Virus record (IMG/VR): IMGVR_UViG_3300020045_018276 | Coordinates: 6,491 to 70,490 of that record | Length of the DNA: 64,000 bases | DNA from: a virus | Taxonomy: Duplodnaviria > Caudoviricetes | Strand: one strand, 5' to 3' | Shown here: positions 1 through 8,903 of the stretch, one piece after another | Layout of the letters: every line of letters begins with the position of its first letter | How positions within the stretch are numbered: position 1 is the stretch's first letter | Notes under the pieces: generated by a model | What the model saw: only the letters and a program-made list of their open reading frames with translations | What the model was told of the DNA's origin: nothing | Database searches by the model: none | Translations under genes and position numbers: made by a program

Positions 1-79
1 AAGAAGATTAAAAAAGGCAGCACCGAGAGATACGAGAAACGTAAATCTCCCAAAATAAAGAAATTCAAAACCCGCGGGA

Positions 80-460
80 ATGAAAGAAACGGAAACAAAG
101 GCAAAGGAAACGATTGAAATCGTAAAGCAGGCCGAAGCTGAAAAGAAACTGAACTTCCTCGGAGGTTTCAAACTCGAAAAAGGACATAAAGTTTGGGAAT
201 TGAACACCAAAACTCTTGAAATCCAATTGGCCGAGATTGAAAAAGTTCCGTATGTGTACAAGGAAAAGCCAAAAAACGAGGGGATGCACGTGTTGTTGAG
301 ATTACATCAGGCACGGATTCCGCATTCTGTCGGTAAAGTCGTTCAGAAGCAAGATTGTAAATATTGCGGGGCGCTCAATATGAAGAATGCGTTGAAGAAA
401 TTCGGGATCCGCGGGATAAAGTTGGTGAAAAAGAAAAAAGATGCGGGAAACAAAGGTTAA
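80..460 (+). CDS. hypothetical phage protein (basic)
   Basis: 126-aa ORF overlapping the next gene; no recognisable motif. Confidence 0.6.
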   Translation: MKETETKAKETIEIVKQAEAEKKLNFLGGFKLEKGHKVWELNTKTLEIQLAEIEKVPYVYKEKPKNEGMHVLLRLHQARIPHSVGKVVQKQDCKYCGALNMKNALKKFGIRGIKLVKKKKDAGNKG

Positions 461-800
461 TATCCCCATATATTACGGCTATCTCAGAATAATCGTTGTC
501 GATAGTGAGCAGGAAATGGCGGAGGTTGGAAAAAAGTACAAACACGACATAGACACCTCGAAGTTCGGCGCATTTGTTTGGTCAGGCCATGATAAAAAAG
601 GAATATCAGAATATTTTGTCGCACTACATGAGGATTCGTCTAATCATTTAATTGCCCACGAAATAGTTCATCTTGTAAATGCAGTATTCATTCATATAAA
701 CGCCCAATTAGACCGACATAATGACGAGCCGCAAGCATATCTGACTGGCTGGTTCTTTAAGGAAATAGAAGATTTTTTAACCAAAAAAGCAAAAGCATGA
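441..800 (+). CDS. HExxH-motif protein (putative Zn metallopeptidase-like)
   Basis: AHEIVH followed by DEPQAYL (HExxH...E). Confidence 0.5.
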   Translation: MRETKVNIPIYYGYLRIIVVDSEQEMAEVGKKYKHDIDTSKFGAFVWSGHDKKGISEYFVALHEDSSNHLIAHEIVHLVNAVFIHINAQLDRHNDEPQAYLTGWFFKEIEDFLTKKAKA

Positions 801-925
801 GTTCAAAAAAAATTGTTTTGTTATTCTGTTGCGTTACCATAGTTCCGATGGCGCTGTTGATAATCGGCTCAATTTTAAACACGAACGGCTATGAAGATAG
901 TACGTTAAAAAATCTATTAGAATGA
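797..925 (+). CDS. small membrane protein (42 aa)
   Basis: manual translation MSSKKIVLLFCCVTIVPMALLIIGSILN...; ATGA overlap with the upstream gene. Confidence 0.55.
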   Translation: MSSKKIVLLFCCVTIVPMALLIIGSILNTNGYEDSTLKNLLE

Positions 926-1056
926 AATACGTAATCATCGGAATATTCGTCACAGTATTCGTTTCGGAATTCCTTTTCCGCCCAAGACTCGATAAAACCG
1001 AAGATGGGATTTTGCTTTGGTACGGGATAAAAACTAGAAAATTCATTAAACTTTAA
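922..1056 (+). CDS. small membrane protein (44 aa)
   Basis: manual translation MKYVIIGIFVTVFVSEFLFRPRLDK...; ATGA overlap with the upstream ORF. Confidence 0.55.
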   Translation: MKYVIIGIFVTVFVSEFLFRPRLDKTEDGILLWYGIKTRKFIKL

Positions 1057-1075
1057 CCTTATAAAATTTAACACA

Positions 1076-1333
1076 ATGACTACAGAAAAACTACAAAGAT
1101 TGGCTCAATATTTCTCAGCGGATGCCGAGGTAATAATTTTCGCTGACAAAGCAGAAATTGATTCGTTTGTTCCGAAAGTGAATATTCCAGCGAACTTCAA
1201 TAACGAGAGCGATTCATTTGCGGCTAAGCTCGGGATGACATCGGTTACGGTACTTGGCCGCACAATCTTCTTCGCCGAGAAATCAAAATTTGTTGATCTG
1301 ATTACGCCCGACGCGGAACCTGAAATTACATAA
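1076..1333 (+). CDS. hypothetical protein
   Basis: 85-aa ORF with an A-rich leader. Confidence 0.6.
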   Translation: MTTEKLQRLAQYFSADAEVIIFADKAEIDSFVPKVNIPANFNNESDSFAAKLGMTSVTVLGRTIFFAEKSKFVDLITPDAEPEIT

Positions 1334-1343
1334 AACCAACAAT

Positions 1344-1763
1344 ATGAGACATTTTTTAAACACACACCGACTTATCCTTCACCTTTTTCTCGGAACAGCA
1401 TTCGGGGATTTATGTTCAAGATTGATTATGAGCGAAACATCCGTTATCAAGCGGACTGAAAGATTCGGGGATTACGTCGATTACATCATCGGCTTTCCTT
1501 TTATGCTAGTGATTCCAGTATTAGCATCAGGACTCATTAATTACTTGGCAGAGGACTTCCAATTAAGATTACGAGGAACAATGCTCGGATTCGATGTGAA
1601 AACGATTTTACGGTGCGCGCTTGCTGGTATTCCATCGGGAATTATTTTCATCTTGACGAGAAATAACAAGAACGACATTCCTGCAATTATCATCGACTCG
1701 ATTGTAATTCTTGCCTTGTCCGGTTATTACTTTTGGGATTACAAGAAAAGTAAAAATCAATAA
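1344..1763 (+). CDS. multi-pass membrane protein
   Basis: three to four hydrophobic segments. Confidence 0.6.
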   Translation: MRHFLNTHRLILHLFLGTAFGDLCSRLIMSETSVIKRTERFGDYVDYIIGFPFMLVIPVLASGLINYLAEDFQLRLRGTMLGFDVKTILRCALAGIPSGIIFILTRNNKNDIPAIIIDSIVILALSGYYFWDYKKSKNQ

Positions 1764-1789
1764 ATCAATAACATTTTAAAACCATAATT

Positions 1790-2119
1790 ATGAAGCTTAC
1801 TAAAGAACAAGAAAAACAATTGGCGGAATTGCCGCAAGAAACACAGGACGCAATCATTTCCGATTCATGGAAAGGCGAAAACCGCTACGAAAGAAGTTTG
1901 GATTTCGGGCCATTGAAACCATTGATCCAATTCCTCGATGAAAAGGAAATCCCGCGCGTAGACAAATCGGTTGACGGACTCGTAGTCGTAGAAGCTGATT
2001 TCACGAATGTTGATTTCGCAACGAGATTGGCATTCCATACGGAAGCCGGAACAGTTTCGGAAGAAATCGCTGCATCCGAAGAAGAAGCCGGAGACAACAT
2101 GAAGGACACCGACAAATAA
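1790..2119 (+). CDS. acidic hypothetical protein
   Basis: 109-aa ORF, Glu/Asp-rich C-terminus. Confidence 0.6.
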   Translation: MKLTKEQEKQLAELPQETQDAIISDSWKGENRYERSLDFGPLKPLIQFLDEKEIPRVDKSVDGLVVVEADFTNVDFATRLAFHTEAGTVSEEIAASEEEAGDNMKDTDK

Positions 2120-2355
2120 TGGCCCACATTCCTATTCCAAGAAAATCAACGATTGAACGACATTTCAAAGATGCTCAGGAAATCGTTGATTTGAAATCAA
2201 AGGCTACGGTCGATATCGGACTCAGGAGCGCACCATCGTTTGAAAGCGGCGCTTGGTATTTCGGACAGATTATGGTTTGGCAGAACGGAAAGTATGCGCA
2301 GGTCACGAAATGCAAACCCGGCGCTTGTGTCGGATGTAAGAATAAAAAGAAGTAA
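2119..2355 (+). CDS. hypothetical protein
   Basis: 78-aa ORF, TAATG coupling, C-terminal Cys cluster. Confidence 0.55.
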   Translation: MAHIPIPRKSTIERHFKDAQEIVDLKSKATVDIGLRSAPSFESGAWYFGQIMVWQNGKYAQVTKCKPGACVGCKNKKK

Positions 2356-2359
2356 AAAG

Positions 2360-2399
2360 AAAAGCCGGACTCGTTTAACTACGAAGATTCGGCTTTTTT
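2360..2399. terminator. bidirectional intrinsic terminator
   Basis: AAAAGCCGGA...TTCGGCTTTTTT hairpin between convergent genes. Confidence 0.6.
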
Positions 2400-2993
2400 C
2401 TCATAAAGCGCTTTACGACTTTCCGGAACCTCCATCTTATTTAGCGATTTGATAACACGAAAAGCCTTCCTGTCATACGGTGAATTACCTACCGTTCTCG
2501 CTAATGGATTTGCCCATGCTTCCTCCGGCATTTTCTTTTCTCCTGAAAGGCAGTGATAAAATTCCTTCACGATCGATTTACAGCGTTTTGACAACGTGAA
2601 AATATCATCGTATGTAATCTTTTTCCCGACCGAAATCCGTACGCACATATCTTCCTTCATCAAGTCCTGAACCCTTTTAAACCGCAATGGTTTTGGAAAA
2701 GCCGCAAAATCCCGTGTCGTGAAATACTGTTTCGGGTAAAGGTACAGCATGATTTCAAAGGCAAATATACTGATGTTGTACCGCTGCTGAACATATCTCC
2801 TGACGACCAGGAAGTTCTCAAATGCGTCGTAATGCTGATGGACGTGCAAGAAATTCCGCTTTGAATATTTCTCGACCCCTTTATCGGTCTGCCTGTCAAT
2901 CTTCACGCTTATCTTTTTAGCCTTCATTGCTTTTTTTGCGAACGGCGCGATGCCTGAAGTATTCATCACGTCTTTGGTTTTTCTGACTCCCAT
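2379..2993 (-). CDS. conserved Flavobacteriia-phage protein, possible winged-helix regulator
   Basis: basic 204-aa ORF (FLVVRRY...FEIMLYLY...FTLSKRCK), divergent from the structural operon. Confidence 0.5.
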   Translation of the reverse strand: MGVRKTKDVMNTSGIAPFAKKAMKAKKISVKIDRQTDKGVEKYSKRNFLHVHQHYDAFENFLVVRRYVQQRYNISIFAFEIMLYLYPKQYFTTRDFAAFPKPLRFKRVQDLMKEDMCVRISVGKKITYDDIFTLSKRCKSIVKEFYHCLSGEKKMPEEAWANPLARTVGNSPYDRKAFRVIKSLNKMEVPESRKALYEKKAESS

Positions 2994-3006
2994 AAAAATA
3001 TCTTTT

Positions 3007-3065
3007 TACAAATAATTACAAAATTAATACAAATTGTTACAAATAGACAAAAACTATTATCTTTG
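3007..3065 (+). promoter_or_regulatory. promoter with phased TACA array
   Basis: TACA at 3007, 3017, 3028, 3038; Bacteroidota -7 box TATCTTTG at 3058-3065. Confidence 0.7.
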
Positions 3066-3086
3066 TAAAGTTAATAATAAAAAACT

Positions 3087-4412
3087 ATGGGACGGATTTT
3101 AGATCAGGATTTATACCCACCACCAGCAACTGTATCTCCTGATGATTATCTCATAGGTACGAAACGGGACAATAACCTAGCTACACAAACATTTCCCGTC
3201 AGCTCTTTAATCAATGCGACAAATGTAGCCAACGGAAATTCAGCGATGTATTTCAAGTTCTCAGACGGAAGCGATGATGATATTACTCCCGAAACTCCGG
3301 GATATTTCTTTTCAAATAGCGGAGAGACGAACCCCGACGACGTAAACAGGCTCACATTCAATGACCTCAATCTCGGACTTCAGAATTCATACGCATTATT
3401 CGAGTACCTCATTGCTTCGGGATTATTCGTATTGAAACTGACCAATGCTGGAAACCCGAACAACGTGATTTACTTTAATTGCAACGCGGGAAATTCCCAA
3501 AGATTTGCAGATTACTTTGAATTTGAAGTCGAACTGTTCAATGACCTTTGGCAGGGAGAATTTATAAATGAAACTACCTACGTCGTTGACTTTGAACTGA
3601 ACACCAATATCAAAACGGAACTCACGGCAATCGGTACCACTACGGTCGACGACAATGACGTGACGCTTTCGGTGGGGTTTGAATGGTTGATAAACAACTT
3701 CGAGAATGCCAACGCTGCAATTTTTGTAACGAACAGGCCTTTTACGGCATCAGGAAATAAGCGTACTGATATTATCGTCGGAAATAATATCGGTGGATTC
3801 GATGTCATTTCGGGAATTGAAGGTGTCGTGGCGACGCAACCGAATACGCCTCCAAATAAAGTCTTGGTGTCGGTGATAAATATTACAGATACTGAAATTA
3901 CTACTACTCCCGGAAGCACAACGGAACGTCCATGTAAGTTCATTAAGCCAGCCGCTTACTCGACAATATTCACGGATGAAGCCAAAAGCCTAATCGCAGA
4001 AGGGACAGGCGTGCTTGCCCTTACGATTTCAGCCGACACACACCCTGAGAATTCAGAAATACAAGTCACGCACTTAGTCGACGGCAGTATTAACCTTATT
4101 GTTGACGGGACTTATGAAGGTTCGCTTGTGTTTCCGAGATATGCGACGGCTCATTTTAAATTAATCGGCGAAAACCATTGGGCGATAAATTACAGATTTA
4201 AAGATGCTGGCGCTAGCCAGATTCAAGCGGATTTGTTTGCGGGAATTGCCGGAACATCGCAAATATTTTCTATCCCTGCCGGTAAAATAGCGAAATCAAT
4301 TACAGTAAACAGGACAAATCTATATCAATCAGAATTTACGCAAGTCGGCGTGAATGTGACCGTTACGTGGGAATTCTTCGGCGACGAAAAAGTAGAAATT
4401 ACATATCAATAA
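3087..4412 (+). CDS. virion structural / tail fibre-associated protein
   Basis: N-terminus DDYLIGT...TQTF of the type seen in flavophage fibre anchors; beta-rich T/N/G composition. Confidence 0.55.
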   Translation: MGRILDQDLYPPPATVSPDDYLIGTKRDNNLATQTFPVSSLINATNVANGNSAMYFKFSDGSDDDITPETPGYFFSNSGETNPDDVNRLTFNDLNLGLQNSYALFEYLIASGLFVLKLTNAGNPNNVIYFNCNAGNSQRFADYFEFEVELFNDLWQGEFINETTYVVDFELNTNIKTELTAIGTTTVDDNDVTLSVGFEWLINNFENANAAIFVTNRPFTASGNKRTDIIVGNNIGGFDVISGIEGVVATQPNTPPNKVLVSVINITDTEITTTPGSTTERPCKFIKPAAYSTIFTDEAKSLIAEGTGVLALTISADTHPENSEIQVTHLVDGSINLIVDGTYEGSLVFPRYATAHFKLIGENHWAINYRFKDAGASQIQADLFAGIAGTSQIFSIPAGKIAKSITVNRTNLYQSEFTQVGVNVTVTWEFFGDEKVEITYQ

Positions 4413-4416
4413 AAAC

Positions 4417-7176
4417 ATGAAAAAATACATTTTAGGATTACTCTTTTTAATTTCAGGATTTGCAAGCGCACAAAGTCCAATGCCTGATGGCGCTCGTGTA
4501 GCGAAAGGAATTTTGCAATATCCGACTGGGACTTATGCGAATAAACTTGGATTCGGTACTTTGACTCCGACGGCCGCTTATGATTTTGTTTCGACTACTG
4601 GCGGATTTCTGTTTCCGAGAGTTACAACGGCGCAGCGTAATGCGATTTCAAGTCCCGCTACTTCAACCATTGTAAGAAACACGAGTACCAATCAATACGA
4701 ATATTATGATGGGGACAGTTGGGAAGTTTTTGGCGGAGATCCGCAGGACTTACAATCCGTACTCACCGAAGGAAATGTCGCAAATATTGGGTTTACCCTG
4801 ACTAACGGAATAAAAGTTTCGACTTATGACTTGTCGTCAATTTTTATAGACAACGGCACGGGATTAAATATCAGGGTGGACCCGGAAGAAGCGGTTAGTC
4901 TTTTCGATCAAATTGGCAATCAGTCAACGATGCAGTTGAACAATATATTTACAACATATCAAGACGGAGCCAATCAATTAAATACCGGTATAAACGCGCT
5001 TGTTGGATTGCGCTTAATAAATAATCCAACAGGAGGAAATAGTTTTATATCAAATCATACCAGAATCAATCCTGATCCAAATTATTTCACATTACCTGAA
5101 AAAGCCGGGAATACCGATTCAACGCCATATGTCTTAGCAACGTTAGACGATATCGCAGGAGGAGTAACCAATTTAACTTATACGTCATCGCCTACAAACG
5201 GAACCGTAAATTCAGACACTGGCACAGACGCGATAATTCCGCTGGCCGATGTGACCAACGCAGGGCTACTTAGTCCATCTGAAAAAACATCAATCGGCAC
5301 AATTTCTTCAAAAGAAGATTCGGCAAATAAGCAGAATTCGCTTACAGTCGACGGCACAGGAGTAAAATTCGCCACTGTTGACGCTGTAAATACCGGTATC
5401 GCTGCCATTACAGGCGTTCAAGATGTAAAGACATCCAAAATTGCCAACAGCGTAGAGGTTATCAAAACTGGGTTTGAATACGGGTTCGACGATTTCGCAG
5501 GATATACGCCGTTTACTACGATGACCAAAACCGTCGGCACAACCAAAGGAATCAAGATTGTCACTGCAGTCGATAATTTCCTTCCAACCGGAAAGATTAT
5601 CGACAACAATGTTTATTCGGTTACGGTCACGGCTAAATGCACCGCAGGAGCAACTGGATATTTTGGCTTCGGGATTAAAAACGGTTCTAGCTGGGGCGGT
5701 ATGCAATGGCGAGGTTCTACTGGCGCAACGGCTTTTCTTCAATATAATTCAAGTTCTTTTGTAGGCGCGGCAAGTGCTGGAACCCAGGCCACCTTTACCA
5801 CGGGGGACATTATATCTGTTCAGCTTATTTTAAGGGGTTCTAAATCATTTTTAAGATTTGCTAAAAACGGCGTTTGGAATACTACCCTTTATACTTCGGC
5901 GGCAACAGCGCCGGCACTATCAGGAGGTGAAATTGTTCTTGCAATTCGTGGAGCGTCGACGTGGGATGATATTGTAATGGTAGCCGAAGACGTGAATGAA
6001 TACTCTAAAGAAGTCTACGTAGCTCCATCAGGTGGTTCAGACTCGAACAATGGCACATTCGATTCGCCTATGGCTACAATTGAAGCGGCCAAGCTAAAGG
6101 CCAAAGGCATTGGTTCCGTTGTGCTTAAAACAGGCGATTATCTCGATCAGCAATTCACTACTGCATTAGGGTTGAATTTAAAAGCAGATACAGGCTCTAC
6201 GGTTCGTTTGATTTACGGAACACGATTTACTTCCGCTTCAATATTGGGAGGCACAACAAAAGTCTATTCCGTAGCCTATGCGCCTACGCTTGATGCGTCA
6301 GATGTTATTTGGCAGCATGATGTAAATGATGCAAATTCATTAATAACAGCAGCCGAAAGTCATCCGTTACATAGAGGTTTGACACATCGTTTACCGTCAA
6401 GTAAATCAACATGGTTAGCTTCTACCGCTTTACTTGAAGCAAGCTCCAACAGCGAAACGCATTTCTTTTGGAGTGCGGGAACTCTATACTTTACAATTAT
6501 CTCAGGAAGTAACTTGGCGACAAATCCAATTGTAGTACCGGATGACGGCAATGAGATACAGATTTTTATCGCCGATCAGCCAAAATTAACAATGCAGAAC
6601 ATCAATTTCCTATACCGTTCAGTTCGCCTTTCATCGACAAAATTTAAGATTGAGGATTGTTCTGTTTTATGTTCGGCAAATGCTTTCGGGTGGCAGTATG
6701 GTAACGCAACCGGTGAATTCATCAGATGCAGGGCGGGCGGAATAAATTATAACCTCGGGACGGGAGGCGACGGATTCAACGGTACGGCTACACTGACAAG
6801 CACAATGTCGTCAACGGGTAACTGGGCACACGACAACGAAGATGACGGAGATTCATTACACAGTAATTGCAGTAGCGATATTGATTACATGCTTTCTGAA
6901 TATAACGGTGGTGGCGTTGTTGCCGCTTCGGGAGGACATATTGCTATCAGAAACTCTGTTATGAGAAACAGCGGTGCCGGCGCATCCGCACAAGGAGCAT
7001 CAGCGGATAGCGGTAATAGCACAACAGTTCTCGCTACAAATTGCCTTATGCAGGGAAATACGACAAACTCGACTGCCAGTAGCGGATTCATCACAACAAC
7101 CCTTATCAATTGTATTGCAAAAGGAAATGATTTCCCGGCAGGAGCAACAAAATGGAATTGCCTTTATATACCGTAA
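4417..7176 (+). CDS. tailspike/depolymerase-like protein with N-terminal signal peptide and C-terminal parallel beta-helix
   Basis: MKKYILGLLFLISGFASA|Q; GFLFPRVTTAQRNAISSPA motif; GGSDSNNGTFDSPMATI and DGF/NWAHDNEDDG pectin-lyase-like repeats. Confidence 0.6.
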   Translation: MKKYILGLLFLISGFASAQSPMPDGARVAKGILQYPTGTYANKLGFGTLTPTAAYDFVSTTGGFLFPRVTTAQRNAISSPATSTIVRNTSTNQYEYYDGDSWEVFGGDPQDLQSVLTEGNVANIGFTLTNGIKVSTYDLSSIFIDNGTGLNIRVDPEEAVSLFDQIGNQSTMQLNNIFTTYQDGANQLNTGINALVGLRLINNPTGGNSFISNHTRINPDPNYFTLPEKAGNTDSTPYVLATLDDIAGGVTNLTYTSSPTNGTVNSDTGTDAIIPLADVTNAGLLSPSEKTSIGTISSKEDSANKQNSLTVDGTGVKFATVDAVNTGIAAITGVQDVKTSKIANSVEVIKTGFEYGFDDFAGYTPFTTMTKTVGTTKGIKIVTAVDNFLPTGKIIDNNVYSVTVTAKCTAGATGYFGFGIKNGSSWGGMQWRGSTGATAFLQYNSSSFVGAASAGTQATFTTGDIISVQLILRGSKSFLRFAKNGVWNTTLYTSAATAPALSGGEIVLAIRGASTWDDIVMVAEDVNEYSKEVYVAPSGGSDSNNGTFDSPMATIEAAKLKAKGIGSVVLKTGDYLDQQFTTALGLNLKADTGSTVRLIYGTRFTSASILGGTTKVYSVAYAPTLDASDVIWQHDVNDANSLITAAESHPLHRGLTHRLPSSKSTWLASTALLEASSNSETHFFWSAGTLYFTIISGSNLATNPIVVPDDGNEIQIFIADQPKLTMQNINFLYRSVRLSSTKFKIEDCSVLCSANAFGWQYGNATGEFIRCRAGGINYNLGTGGDGFNGTATLTSTMSSTGNWAHDNEDDGDSLHSNCSSDIDYMLSEYNGGGVVAASGGHIAIRNSVMRNSGAGASAQGASADSGNSTTVLATNCLMQGNTTNSTASSGFITTTLINCIAKGNDFPAGATKWNCLYIP

Positions 7177-7178
7177 CA

Positions 7179-7382
7179 ATGAGCGTATCTGACAAAAGAA
7201 CAAGACTGCCATTTGCGGCATTAATAATAATCGGGACAGCGATTGCTTGGTCAGCGTTCTTTTTTGAAATGGAAGGCCTCAGAAATGTAGTGAACGGCTG
7301 GATTAGAATTGGCATCGCGGTACTGGGAATTGCGGCAATAACGATTGGCATAATTAAAATTGTGAGAATTGAAAACGAATAA
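7179..7382 (+). CDS. small two-TM protein (holin/antiholin candidate)
   Basis: two hydrophobic helices; start of the lysis region; ATG 7179 preferred over 7152. Confidence 0.45.
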   Translation: MSVSDKRTRLPFAALIIIGTAIAWSAFFFEMEGLRNVVNGWIRIGIAVLGIAAITIGIIKIVRIENE

Positions 7383-7407
7383 ATTATAACCCATAAATCT
7401 AAACATT

Positions 7408-7806
7408 ATGCAAATCTTTTTGTTGGCCGTAACCCTACTTACAATCGCTCTTATTTTTTTACAGAGATACAATGAAACAATCAAAGATGCCGAAGTCGGT
7501 CCCGCAAGTTTCTCTTTTAATGAATGGCTAAGACATACCGCCGTAGAAATGTCTTGGAATTTAGTTGTCTTCGGTGCCGTATGCGCAGGACTAAATGTAG
7601 ATTTTATTATAAAAGCTACAGAAATCGGAACTGATACTGGAACGGAAGCAACGCTTGTTGGAATAGGCGGAGCAATCGCTACAGGAACAGGAATCTACAA
7701 AGGCGTCCAATTGATAGTATTGCCGATTTTCAACAAAATAACAGGCGGAACGACCGCAAGGAATAAGCTTCGTAAAAAATTGGAAGAAGTTACTCAGACA
7801 CAATAA
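7408..7806 (+). CDS. holin candidate
   Basis: about three TM segments, basic C-terminal tail, upstream of the endolysin. Confidence 0.5.
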   Translation: MQIFLLAVTLLTIALIFLQRYNETIKDAEVGPASFSFNEWLRHTAVEMSWNLVVFGAVCAGLNVDFIIKATEIGTDTGTEATLVGIGGAIATGTGIYKGVQLIVLPIFNKITGGTTARNKLRKKLEEVTQTQ

Positions 7807-7846
7807 ATAATAACCCGATTTTCAAAAAGCTTAACCTACTTTTTAT

Positions 7847-8179
7847 ATGCAAGTGATTACTGCCGGTATAAATGCCACAAAAGAATTTTTTACGCTGAAA
7901 GACCGGAATAAGATACTTGCCCTGCTAATCGGGTTCTTGGGTTTGTCAGTTTTTATCGGCTATAAAATAGCGATGTTTTCTTTGGGAATGACCCAAGATA
8001 TGCTGACGCGCCAAGCCGAGGAAATAAAAGAATTGAAGTCTGACAAGAAAGAATTGCGAATCGAAAACAAAGGACTGTACATTGAATTGCACGACTGTAA
8101 CCGAATGAACAATGGAATTTATGATAGTATCGTGAGAGGGAACCAGGCAAAAATAAACGAAAAAACACACAAAAGATGA
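7847..8179 (+). CDS. membrane-anchored coiled-coil protein (lysis cassette)
   Basis: one TM segment followed by a coiled coil. Confidence 0.5.
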   Translation: MQVITAGINATKEFFTLKDRNKILALLIGFLGLSVFIGYKIAMFSLGMTQDMLTRQAEEIKELKSDKKELRIENKGLYIELHDCNRMNNGIYDSIVRGNQAKINEKTHKR

Positions 8180-8406
8180 AAGCGCTAATTATCATCATTG
8201 CAAGTATTCTCGGAAGCGGAACATTTTGGTTGACTTCAAGTTTCAAGCCTTTATATCCGAAGAATAAATCAGCCGCCGTTTACGAAACTATTGTTGACGA
8301 ACTCGCTCCTTACCGCATGCAGCATAATCGGGATAAGGTTGACAAATCAAGAAAACTCAACGAGATTGTGGAAACACAAATTTGTTTAATTGAACTCAGT
8401 AAATAA
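8176..8406 (+). CDS. small N-terminally anchored protein (lysis cassette)
   Basis: hydrophobic N-terminus; coupled to both neighbours. Confidence 0.45.
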   Translation: MKALIIIIASILGSGTFWLTSSFKPLYPKNKSAAVYETIVDELAPYRMQHNRDKVDKSRKLNEIVETQICLIELSK

Positions 8407-8903
8407 TGACACCAGAACAATTTGTAAAATACTATTATCCGCAAGCGAAGAAGGTTCAGGATAAAACCGGAATGTCGGCAATCGCATTATTGGCTCAGTC
8501 GGCACACGAAACGGGCTGGGGAAAAAAGGCAGTTGGTAATATGATGTTTGGAGTCAAGGACACCGATGGACTCAACGGAAACGAGCAATTGATTACCACC
8601 ACGGAGTACCACGCGACCAGCAAAGTAAAATACCCCGTAATCCTTTCAATCACAAAAGTTGGCAGCAAATTCAAATATCTGATCAAAGATTGGTTTAGAA
8701 AATATGACTCCGCTGAACAATCATTTTTGGACCACGCAAATTTCCTTATTAAAAATCCAAGATACAAAAAAGCACTTTTAGTAAAAGCAGACCCGAGGTT
8801 GTTCCTCCAAGAAATTGCGAACGCCGGCTACGCAACAGATCCTAACTACAAAAACCTAATGATGCAGATGATTGTATCAGTAACCAAACGACTACCGAAA
8901 TGA
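8406..8903 (+). CDS. endolysin, GH73 glucosaminidase (FlgJ-type)
   Basis: LAQSAHETGWG, NMMFGVK, FRKYDS, YATDPNY motifs. Confidence 0.9.
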   Translation: MTPEQFVKYYYPQAKKVQDKTGMSAIALLAQSAHETGWGKKAVGNMMFGVKDTDGLNGNEQLITTTEYHATSKVKYPVILSITKVGSKFKYLIKDWFRKYDSAEQSFLDHANFLIKNPRYKKALLVKADPRLFLQEIANAGYATDPNYKNLMMQMIVSVTKRLPK

